Of a stretch of 12,378 nt of DNA, positions 1 through 8,900 are shown one piece after another. Every line of letters begins with the position of its first letter. Positions within the stretch are counted from its first letter, which is position 1. The stretch is taken from positions 1 through 12,378 of the forward strand of contig CAJWHW010000038.1 of the NCBI GenBank assembly GCA_913040915.1, written 5' to 3'. The DNA comes from an uncultured Fidelibacterota bacterium (GTDB taxonomy: Bacteria; Fidelibacterota; Marinisomatia; Marinisomatales; UBA1611). The translations under genes and the position numbers were made by a program. The notes below the pieces were generated by a model. It was not told the DNA's origin. It did not search any database and saw only the letters and a list, made by a program, of their open reading frames with translations.

Positions 1-630
1 CATGATTTGATTTACTGAAGCATTAGATATCTCATCCTCATCATATACCAGATCCGATGATGCGGCAATTCCCATACCATCGGTCATATAATTTCCACCC
101 GCATGCACAACATCAGAAGCAAAGTATGGTGAATTTAAATGGTTGGCTATTTTCAAAGGTGCGTCATTATCATTCGGTCGCGGTCGATTGTAAGTATGAT
201 CGACAACCGATACATTTCTATCACCATCCACCACCCACCAAGGTCCGTAATCTCGTGTCCAGTAACTATCGGTAGACCCTAATACATACTGCACATTATC
301 CATATATACTCCGCCATTGATCATAGACGAATTTGCTAAATTTTGTAAACTGGATGAAACCAGACAATAAATGGTCACATCTTCGCTCATTTCTGCAATC
401 AATTCTGTAGAAATTCCAAAAGGATATCGAATCAATACTCCTTCCATACGTTCATATTCAGCAATGTTTCTAACAGGTCCCGGTGGAGGGTCTGTTTGGC
501 GCCCCATGGAATAAATTTCATGAACTCTGGATTTTTCTTCTTCAGTTAATCCAATCGGTAATTCATCTTGAATTCTATCAGATGGTAAAATGGGAGAGAT
601 GATCAATAGGAATTGTAATATTCTATTCAT
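1..630 (-). CDS. Agmatine deiminase / Porphyromonas-type peptidylarginine deiminase family protein, probably secreted (5' part only; runs off left edge)
   Basis: Manual translation from the ATG at 630-628 is open for 210 codons to the window edge: MNRILQFLLIISPILPSDRIQDELPIGLTEEEK...PPPGPVRNIAEYERMEGVLIRYP...DSYWTRDYGPWWV...YNRPRPNDNDAP...VHAGGNYMTDGMGIAASSDLVY. WxRDxGP, the AE(W/Y)E-like motif and GGNxxxDGxG are hallmarks of the AgDI/PPAD family. Short hydrophobic N-terminus. The catalytic His/Asp/Cys would lie beyond the window. Confidence 0.9.
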   Translation of the reverse strand, partial: MNRILQFLLIISPILPSDRIQDELPIGLTEEEKSRVHEIYSMGRQTDPPPGPVRNIAEYERMEGVLIRYPFGISTELIAEMSEDVTIYCLVSSSLQNLANSSMINGGVYMDNVQYVLGSTDSYWTRDYGPWWVVDGDRNVSVVDHTYNRPRPNDNDAPLKIANHLNSPYFASDVVHAGGNYMTDGMGIAASSDLVYDEDEISNASVNQIM

Positions 631-650
631 TTCTTCATTAACGAGGTCTA

Positions 651-661
651 TGGCAAATTTA
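651..661 (-). promoter_or_regulatory. Putative FCB/Bacteroidota-type -7 promoter element (TAnnTTTG) upstream of the deiminase gene
   Basis: Minus strand reads TAAATTTGCCA, with TAAATTTG at 661-654 an exact TAnnTTTG match, 23 nt upstream of the ATG at 630. No convincing -33 element identified. Confidence 0.4.
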
Positions 662-675
662 CTTAGATTTCACCA

Positions 676-700
676 TGTAAAATGAATCTCCGATTTTACA
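676..700. other. Short inverted repeat downstream of the TonB-dependent receptor (possible weak terminator or operator)
   Basis: TGTAAAAT (676-683), 9-nt loop, ATTTTACA (693-700): 8-bp perfect but AT-rich stem, with no clear U-tract. Confidence 0.3.
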
Positions 701-726
701 ACAATAATGATTTCTGAAAATTATAT

Positions 727-3162
727 TTAAAATTCTAAAATTAATCCACCGACAGGAAATGTTTTATACTGCCAACTCATTTCTTTTGTCCCGTCTTCCT
801 TATAAATATACTCCCAAGGATTTGATCTGTTTAAAACATTGCCAATATTCCAGAATGCGACCAGATTCATTTTTTTGAAATGAAATCTTTGCTGAAGCAT
901 AAGATCTATTCTGCTATAATGACCGTACCTATATGTATTCCATGCTAAGTGAGAATTTGAATACCAATCTCTGGTTTTATGGTCATATTGCTCAGGTGTA
1001 TAAGGTCTGCCACCCATGTAACGGTACTTTATACTTATTTCATATTCATCACTAGGCATGAAAGGAAGCCAAGAAAGTGTCTTTGCAACCCATGAATTTT
1101 TATAGCTGCTGTACCAGCCAAAATCAGTATAACGTATTTTATATCCTCCAACCAGATTGATTACATCTCCATAGTCAAAGTCCCAGGGATAATATTCTTT
1201 TGTTCTTGGGTCTACTCCTTCTGAAATCGAATGGGACCAGGAAAACGAGCCATACCAATTATTGGAATATTTTTTCTGAAGGTATATTTCCAACCCTTTT
1301 GAACGCCCTTCTCCGCCATTAACTTGGTTATACCAATTTAGACTGTCCCTGCCATCAGAACCAGTTAACATTTCAAATATCACCATATCAGCGTACTCTT
1401 TTACATAATATTCTATAGTAAACCTAGTATCAGAAGAGAGAAAGTATTCAAAACCGCCTACAATTTGATCCGTGAAATAATTTTTCAGCTCTGAAGGAGT
1501 TCCACGCGTTGAATTTAATTGATTGTTAAATGGTACTTGAAAGTATCTACCTGCAGAAAGATTGAATTTCCAAATAGGTGAAAAATGATATTTAAATCCA
1601 AATCTTGGTGAAAAATCAGATTCATTTGTGAAGTTCATAAAATCAAAACGACCACCTATAGATATTTCCACCTTTTGCAGTGGATTTAAGTTAAAATGAA
1701 AAAATCCGCCAACTTTATTATACTCTAATATGGCATTTGTCTTTAATGTATCTTGAGTGCCAACTGAATCAATAATTGTATAGAAATATTGCTTCCCAAA
1801 ATAGGTCGTATAAAATTTTTCTTTTGTAATTAATTGTGGAATTTCAGACCCGCTTAAAGAATAACCGTAAATATAGGTAGGATTATTTTTGTACCAGTTG
1901 TCAAAATCCAATTCCACATGCTTTGCAGATAGTCCGGAAGTGATTTCCACATTATCAAATAACTTATAAACAACTTCACTTCGAAAAGAATAGTCGCTTT
2001 CTAAATCATTATTTCGGTAATAATAATTGCGGATTAGATTTTCATTTAATTTATATACATTCGTGTTTAAACGGACTAAAGATCTTCCAATTGAGCTCTG
2101 GATATAACCATTCTTTGAAAACAGATTTTTATACGTGACACCTAATGTTGACTGCCAGGATGAATAATCAACATTTTCTGCTCCACGAAGTTGGGGATTA
2201 TTTTCTCCTTCAATATTTATTTCATCAATACCGCCAATAAAATTGATATAAATTTTTTGATTGGGAGATAAATGATATGCTATTTTACCTTGGCTAGACC
2301 AATACTCTGGGATTGCCTGCATGCCTGTAGAAGATATCACAAAATCAAGAAATGACCGTTTCAATGAATAAAGATAATTAGACTTTCGTGTCAAAGGCCC
2401 TTCAAAAGTAAATCCAAACCCAGCCATGTTTAAATCCATTTGCTGATGGTGAGACTGACTGTTCCCCTCCCTGAGAGTCACATCCATAACGGATGAAAGT
2501 TTTTCGCCATATCGTGCTGGGAAAGCTCCCGCATAGAAATCAATCCGTTCGATAAATTCTGTATCAACCATAGTTATTGGACCGCCACCCTTGCCCTGCT
2601 CAGGATAATGATTGGGATATGGGATTTCCAGAAAATCCATAACAAATAAATTTTCTCCATGGGAACCGCCACGAACAATAATCTCATTGCTTTGATCTGA
2701 TCCAGAGACTACTGAAGGTAGAGCCTGCATCATGGCCATTATATCATAGGTGCCAACCGGATCTGAGCGTATTTCTTCAATATCAACGGTCCGACTGCTT
2801 GTGACCCCGTCTTTTGTTTTCTCAAAATATGATCCAGTAACTTCTACACCTTGACCTTTAAGAATTGTCTGAGATAAAGCAAAATTAACATTAGTATTTC
2901 TTTCGGGGACAATATGAACATTGGGCCTGTTTATTGTTTCATAGCCAATCATAGAAACCTGAAGAGTAAAACTTCCGACAGGAATATCATTTAGCTCAAA
3001 ATTTCCTCTATCATCCGTTGATATACCCAATCCCGTACCCTGCACGATAATATTAACACCAATGAGAGGTTGATTTGTAAATGCATCCTGTATGTGCCCA
3101 GATAACGAGCCAGTAGAACCAATTAACAATTCAAATAAAAGAAAGAAAATAAGTTTTAACAT
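727..3162 (-). CDS. TonB-dependent outer membrane receptor with N-terminal carboxypeptidase-regulatory-like domain
   Basis: 811 aa. Short signal peptide; GSLSGHIQDAFTNQPLIGVNIIVQGT...TDDRGNFEL...VSMIGY (CarbopepD_reg-like); plug motifs IIVRGG...ENLFVMD and IERIDFYAGAFPARYGEKLSSVMDVTLREG; amphipathic beta-strands (SPRFGFKY, GRSKGLEIYL, NVLNRSN); C-terminal aromatic residue (GGLILEF). Substrate cannot be told from sequence. Confidence 0.93.
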   Translation of the reverse strand: MLKLIFFLLFELLIGSTGSLSGHIQDAFTNQPLIGVNIIVQGTGLGISTDDRGNFELNDIPVGSFTLQVSMIGYETINRPNVHIVPERNTNVNFALSQTILKGQGVEVTGSYFEKTKDGVTSSRTVDIEEIRSDPVGTYDIMAMMQALPSVVSGSDQSNEIIVRGGSHGENLFVMDFLEIPYPNHYPEQGKGGGPITMVDTEFIERIDFYAGAFPARYGEKLSSVMDVTLREGNSQSHHQQMDLNMAGFGFTFEGPLTRKSNYLYSLKRSFLDFVISSTGMQAIPEYWSSQGKIAYHLSPNQKIYINFIGGIDEINIEGENNPQLRGAENVDYSSWQSTLGVTYKNLFSKNGYIQSSIGRSLVRLNTNVYKLNENLIRNYYYRNNDLESDYSFRSEVVYKLFDNVEITSGLSAKHVELDFDNWYKNNPTYIYGYSLSGSEIPQLITKEKFYTTYFGKQYFYTIIDSVGTQDTLKTNAILEYNKVGGFFHFNLNPLQKVEISIGGRFDFMNFTNESDFSPRFGFKYHFSPIWKFNLSAGRYFQVPFNNQLNSTRGTPSELKNYFTDQIVGGFEYFLSSDTRFTIEYYVKEYADMVIFEMLTGSDGRDSLNWYNQVNGGEGRSKGLEIYLQKKYSNNWYGSFSWSHSISEGVDPRTKEYYPWDFDYGDVINLVGGYKIRYTDFGWYSSYKNSWVAKTLSWLPFMPSDEYEISIKYRYMGGRPYTPEQYDHKTRDWYSNSHLAWNTYRYGHYSRIDLMLQQRFHFKKMNLVAFWNIGNVLNRSNPWEYIYKEDGTKEMSWQYKTFPVGGLILEF

Positions 3163-3248
3163 TTTAAAAGAAATTTTACAGAAAAAATTAGTATTTTTGC
3201 CTTTATTCGTTCAAATACGAAAGAAAGCTAAATTATAGGAAATAGAAG

Positions 3249-3272
3249 TAATTTTTTAAATTTAAAAAATTA
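3249..3272. repeat. Perfect 24-bp A/T-only palindrome
   Basis: TAATTTTTTAAATTTAAAAAATTA equals its own reverse complement. It overlaps the stop codon of the 143-aa gene and lies about 90 nt upstream of the TBDR start. Confidence 0.75.
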
Positions 3273-3701
3273 TTGTTTTAAACGATAGGTACAGCCTTCC
3301 ATTGTTTTAAGGAATTTCTCCACCTGATTTTCAGTATGAAATAATTCATCCATTGGTACAAAAACATCGCTTGGATATTCATTTTCATCATAATCACGTA
3401 GAAAATTAGATTCCAATTTTAAAACAATATCCCGCAAAACCATTGGCGGAATTTCTTTGTTCCTCATGAAATTAATTTGCAGGTTCAATTGACCTGTAGA
3501 TGTCATATGAAATAGTGGCAAGGGACCAACATCCGACTGGCATCTAAAAGTAAGTGTGCCATGATCTGTACCTCTTCCCCATGATATATCATCAGCATGT
3601 CTTTCAGTAAAGTCGATAATGGAAACTCCAACCTTAGCTACTTCTCGGCTACAATTATCTCTTAAATGGTCAATGAATCGATTTTTATCCCAATTTGACA
3701 T
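3270..3701 (-). CDS. Hypothetical cytoplasmic protein, 143 aa
   Basis: Natural globular composition, ATG preceded by purine-rich GGGAAAG, fills the gap between two co-oriented genes; no signal peptide or TM segment. Confidence 0.85.
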   Translation of the reverse strand: MSNWDKNRFIDHLRDNCSREVAKVGVSIIDFTERHADDISWGRGTDHGTLTFRCQSDVGPLPLFHMTSTGQLNLQINFMRNKEIPPMVLRDIVLKLESNFLRDYDENEYPSDVFVPMDELFHTENQVEKFLKTMEGCTYRLKQ

Positions 3702-3765
3702 ATACGCTTTCCCGTAAAAATGTGGTTTTATAATGATAAGGCAAGGCTGAATTTATAAAAAATGA

Positions 3766-3789
3766 TAAATAAGAAAAAGCTTGGCTTTT
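3766..3789 (-). terminator. Possible weak intrinsic terminator after the M61 peptidase gene
   Basis: Minus strand: AAAAGC-CAA-GCTTTT followed by TCTTATTT, overlapping the TAA at 3790-3788. The stem is short and A/T-rich. Confidence 0.3.
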
Positions 3790-5881
3790 AATTTCTGTCT
3801 CCCATCCATGCAGAATAATATCTTTGCTGCAATTCAGTTTTATTTTTTAAAATGCGGAGCCGGTGTTTAAACTTTCGTTTTTTGTACTCTACTGTATATG
3901 GTAATTCTATGGTTTTATCATCTCTTTTTATAAAAATACTTACTTCTTTTCCTTCTTCAACCGGGTAACCGTATTCATCATAGAGTATATCTCTTAATTT
4001 ATCTTTGTCCAGCTGATCACCAACTTGAAATCCCACCGGGTCTTTCCTCCCAACTTTTTTTACTTTGATATATTTACCAAATGGTATCCTATTTTGTTTT
4101 GTACCATAATCAGTCAAAATACGTTTTGGAATTTCATGCTTACCTTCTTTAGTATACTCCACACCTATTTCTGCTAAACTGCCTTGGACATCCAATGGAA
4201 TCTTTCCTTCAATGTATTTATCAAACCATTGCCTTAAATTTTGTTTATCACTTTTAATTATATCACCTGTCACCGGATCGTAGTTTAAAGGAATCTCTGT
4301 GTCTGGGGTATTTTGAACATTAGCTTTCACCGGACTGACCATAGCGCAGAATTCATCAATGAATGTTTCTTCATTAAATGATTTATCTGGCCCATAATTC
4401 GATGCTAATTCCAATACAATATCTTTCAATGTTTTCTGGCCATCGGTCAACCGGATAATTTCTATATCTAATAGCAATCCCAAAACTGCACCTCGTTGAT
4501 ACACTTGACCGTAGTGTACACCATATTTTTTATCAAAAATATTTTCACTCATTTCAGTAAAAGACATTTTCTTTTCTGGAAATCTTGCTGCGCTTTGAAT
4601 TTTACTACTCATTTTATCTGAAAAGAATTCCAGTGGAGAGATCAAACCAGACTGAACCATGATTAGATTTGCAAAATATTCAGTTATACCTTCGTATAGC
4701 CATAGGTGTTTAGACATTTTCGGATTTACATAATCGAAATCTCCTATATATTCGCTATGGAGATTCAACGGTGTAAAAATATGCATAAATTCGTGTAGTG
4801 CAACTCGCTTAATCAATGATGTATACGAAGTATCACCAAAATCTGTTAAAACAAAAAAAGATGAATTTCCATGCTCCAGTGCCCCACTTCCAAATAATAT
4901 AAAATTGTTTAAAACAGACTTAGCTTTTTTTATCAATCCAACTTCTTTCGATCGCAGGCTATCCATAAAATCCTTTCCATCTCTGATATACATTATGAAA
5001 TGGTATTCACTTACAGGCAGAGAATCAGTAAACATTGCTACTGCCTCCATAGAAGGTTGAATTTCCTTCTTAATCACATCTGCAAAACCTTTTTCTCCAT
5101 TTGAATGGTATGATTCAATAAATACCCTTGTATTAGCAACCGTGAAAGTGGATGTATCTGGTGCAGAAATCATGATGGGACAGTCAATTAAGTGATGATA
5201 GTCTCGGGCATTAAATGTGATACTTTGTTCAAAATCGTGCGAAATGGGTAATGCCGAATAAGACTTCATACCATCGGGTTGATTTATGGTAAGGCTTACG
5301 GGAACATCCTCCAAACTGTCAAAAAATCCAAACCATCCAGATGCATTAATTACAAAATTTTTATCTTTTTCTATATTTGTACCACCCATGGGCCAAATTC
5401 GTCGCATTGCCTTGGGATGATCCCAAGTATCGTTAATCCAATAATGAATAGATGTTAAATCTCGTGCATTGATAATTTTAAATATGTTTTTTCCGATCTT
5501 TTCATGAAAAAGAACATTCCCTTTTGAATCTTGCGGATTAATGGATTCAATCATTTCACCATAATCCAATTCTTTATATGTACCCGGTATAGTTTTTGGG
5601 AAATGAAAAATGACAGTATCTTGATTTAGACCGGGGCAATGAAGATGAATATAAACCTGATCATTCTCTACTTCATTTAAATCAATAGAATATATATATT
5701 GATCTAAAATATAGTCTCCTGTTGGCTCGTAGTCTAGCTCTGGTAGAATAGATGAAGGAGAACTAGATGAACATCCAGAAATAAAAATTAGGGTAAAAAT
5801 GATTATAGACAGATTATAACCTATTCTCTTTCCACAATAATAACAGACAGAGCAAACAGAGTATAGAAATTTAAACTTCAT
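3788..5881 (-). CDS. M61 family (glycyl aminopeptidase-like) zinc metallopeptidase, predicted lipoprotein; start uncertain
   Basis: FPKTIPGTY N-domain motif, YHHLIDCPI, GALEHGNSS, zinc motif HEFMH (4795-4781), LWLYEGITEY, QVYQRGA, degenerate PDZ-like C-terminal segment (GFQVGDQL). Lipobox-like IFISG-C (Cys37, 5773-5771) followed by a Ser-rich linker. Confidence 0.92.
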   Translation of the reverse strand: MKFKFLYSVCSVCYYCGKRIGYNLSIIIFTLIFISGCSSSSPSSILPELDYEPTGDYILDQYIYSIDLNEVENDQVYIHLHCPGLNQDTVIFHFPKTIPGTYKELDYGEMIESINPQDSKGNVLFHEKIGKNIFKIINARDLTSIHYWINDTWDHPKAMRRIWPMGGTNIEKDKNFVINASGWFGFFDSLEDVPVSLTINQPDGMKSYSALPISHDFEQSITFNARDYHHLIDCPIMISAPDTSTFTVANTRVFIESYHSNGEKGFADVIKKEIQPSMEAVAMFTDSLPVSEYHFIMYIRDGKDFMDSLRSKEVGLIKKAKSVLNNFILFGSGALEHGNSSFFVLTDFGDTSYTSLIKRVALHEFMHIFTPLNLHSEYIGDFDYVNPKMSKHLWLYEGITEYFANLIMVQSGLISPLEFFSDKMSSKIQSAARFPEKKMSFTEMSENIFDKKYGVHYGQVYQRGAVLGLLLDIEIIRLTDGQKTLKDIVLELASNYGPDKSFNEETFIDEFCAMVSPVKANVQNTPDTEIPLNYDPVTGDIIKSDKQNLRQWFDKYIEGKIPLDVQGSLAEIGVEYTKEGKHEIPKRILTDYGTKQNRIPFGKYIKVKKVGRKDPVGFQVGDQLDKDKLRDILYDEYGYPVEEGKEVSIFIKRDDKTIELPYTVEYKKRKFKHRLRILKNKTELQQRYYSAWMGDRN

Positions 5882-5912
5882 CCATTTTTCTTTCTTAATT
5901 GCGGGTGAATAT

Positions 5913-8900
5913 TTATTTTTCGTTTTTACTGGAATTATTTATAGACACGCGTACTAGATTATCATCTGAATCCCTATCAACAAACTTGTTCATAGGATCA
6001 ATTCCAGCCTTTATCGGTTTTTGGTCTACTATCACTTGAAAAGTAGAAATAGAATCAGTGATAAATACTTTTTCAAGATAAATTGGTACTTCTTCCATAT
6101 CGCCATTTACAAGGGTTTCGCCTAAAACCCCAATTTCCAACCAATCCTTAAGTGGAGCATCAGTCTGATTACCAAGACTATCTGAATAAACTTTCTTCAC
6201 TTCTACTTCCATGGTGACTTCGAATGTTCCATCTTCATTTTCTATGTAAGAAGCGCTTTTACCTTTATTTTCATATAAGGTTATTTTTTCAAATGTGTCA
6301 GTAATTAAATATTGTAAGTCATCAGACGTCTGTTCCCGTATTGTATTTATAAATTGACCAATGTGGGGATAGGGATTAGACTGATATCTGTATTTTTCAA
6401 TGAATCTTCCCAACGCATTATTAAAAATATCCTTGCCAATAAAATCAGACAAAGTGTACATCATAAGCCCTGCTTTATTATAATGGATGTACGGGTGATT
6501 TTCTGTTTGTACAATGGTTGGCTCAAATTTTTGCTCTGTAAATCGTCCAGTGAGATATTTATCTAATTCGTATTTCAGGAATTTCCGTAATTGTTTCTCC
6601 CCCTTTTCTTTTGCTAAAAGTGCAACAGCTGAATACTCTGCCAGTCCCTCACTTAAAAACCCTGCACCCTGCACATTACCTCCGCTAACCTGATGCGGCC
6701 ACCATTGATGACCCATTTCATGAGCAGTGACCCAAAATGGCATATCCAAATCTTCCGGATCATCTGGATCTACATCCATAACAAATCCAATATTTTCTGA
6801 AAATGGAATCGTATTGGGAAAAGAAGCAGCATAACTCCCGTAAGGGAATTCCAATATCCGACATTGCCGATAGGGATAGGGACCATACAACTCATTGTAA
6901 TATTCTATAGATTTTTTCATTCCTTCCATCAATTTATCTACATTATATGAATGGCTGGGATGATGATATACTTCCAGACTAATGCCATTCCACTTTTCTT
7001 TTAATATGTTATATCTTGCTGAAACAAAAGCGAAAAGATTGTGAATCTTTTGATCCATTTTATAATGGAAAAATCTTCGATCATTTTCTTCCCATTCTTT
7101 TTGAATATAACCTGGCGCCATGGCAATTTGATCTAGATCTGTACTCATGATAACTTCAAAATCAACCCAATCAGCATCATCGCTAAGAATTCCATGTTGA
7201 TTCCCTTCCGGGTCATCAAATTTTCTCATTCTATCCTGCTCTTCCGAAAGGTCATGCTTTTTTCGGGTACGTTTATCTGCTAATTCAAGACCGGAATTAT
7301 ATCCAAATGTAGGGAACAAATCGCCACTCCATATCATTGTTCCATTTTCAATAACTGTTTGGCTTACCCCGCTGTTTGAAAATCCAGTTCGTTGCCTAAT
7401 CCCTTCAAATTCTAATGAAAATTCATCCCCGGGGAGAATCGGAGGATCAAAGATGAATATATTCCATCCGTAAGCACTATCGGTAAAAGTCAGTTCGTTA
7501 GAGCGTGACCATTCATATTTAGTGTAAGGTGCCCGACGATTGAAGTTTGAATGAATTGTATCAATAATGGTATCTGTTTTATTTTTCATCCTATAAATAC
7601 CACTAAACTCAACCCTAGCTTCTTGAGGATAGATATGGACCTCACCGCTGACACCAGTTATTTTTGGTTTTGGAACACCCTTATATTTTTTATATGTCTT
7701 CTCATAATTTGCGGATCTTTTTTCCCAATAAGCAGATCGGTGGTATTCATTTAAAATATTTGTGTTATAAAAAATGAAACTTCCAAATCCAATGAATAAT
7801 ACAGTAAACCCTAAAAGCCCATTCTTCATAGCAGGTGTTAATCGTAATCTCGCATTTGTGGAACGAGATTTAAAATTGCCAGTAAGTCCTCTATTCCAGA
7901 ATAGATTACTAATGAGAGCCAATAATACAGCAAAAGATCCCCAATATAGTTTATACCATAATAAGCGAAAAATATAGGGTTCAAAACCATTCATATCAGA
8001 ATAGGGGGCACCGGAACCGGAGCTATAATGGTACAATGTATGATCTAGTCCAAACTGCCCGGAAAACATGCCAAATAAAAAATATAGAATCATTATAAAA
8101 TGACCGATATATTTATGGTTAACAATTGTCTGGATGGAAAAAGCTAAAACACATAATAGAGTATAATCTGTCCAATCCAAAAGAAAGAGCTGTTTGAAAT
8201 AAAGATGAACCTCATAGTCGTAAAATCCCCGCCAAGTTTGTATACCTAAGCCAATAATCATCAGCACAATAAGCATAATCCCTGGAATTAATATCAACGA
8301 GATTAATTTTGAAACCATAGGAATCCAATTTGGGATCGGTAGAGAATCCATAATCTGATCAGCTTTTAACTCACGTTCACGCCAAATTATTTGTCCCGCG
8401 TAAAAGGTAATCAGGATTAACATAAATAATGCAAAAGATCCACTCAAGACCAAAACAACATCATTAGTTGTGGGTAGAGTATCAACACCATACATATCAC
8501 CAATTGCCTGCTGATTTAATAACAAAAATCCAGCAGCTGTACCTGCGATTGCAATAAAATAAGGGTCGCGAAAGGCTCGTTTTATTTCAATAATTATTTG
8601 TGTTTTGAATTGGATCCAAAGCGTGACTGTATTAAAAATAGGTTTTGCATTTATAAATCCGCCTCCAATAACAGACTCTTCTATGGGGGCAATACCCTTT
8701 TCTTTTTTCTTTTTAGATTTTCCTGGCTCGGAATGTTTAAAATCAAATTTCCAAAGGCCAATGCCCAAAAAGATAGCTCCCACACCAAGCCAGATTAAAC
8801 GATTTAAAATGATCCATTTCGTCATTGGAACAAAATTATTATTTTGTTCAACTGGTGTCCAGTAACGAGCAGCATCGCTTACAGCTTCTGAGCCAAATGG

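Noticed and set aside
57..275. 72-aa plus-strand ORF
   Set aside because: Antisense shadow of the minus-strand deiminase gene (1-630), which has clear family motifs.
3731..3768. Two AATGATAA direct repeats (3732-3739, 3761-3768) and ATAATGAT near 704-711 as Fur boxes
   Set aside because: They match only half of the 19-bp Fur consensus, lack dyad symmetry, and are expected by chance in AT-rich DNA.
5834..5854. CSVCYYC as an Fe-S or radical-SAM motif
   Set aside because: It lies in the presumptive signal region ahead of the lipobox, spacing is not CxxxCxxC, and there is no surrounding Fe-S domain; better explained by repeat-derived sequence or a wrong start.
6354..8865. Plus-strand ORFs 6354-6566, 7551-7754, 7774-7977, 8598-8798 and 8605-8865
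   Set aside because: Short, antisense to the ABC-M1 fusion, no recognisable motifs.
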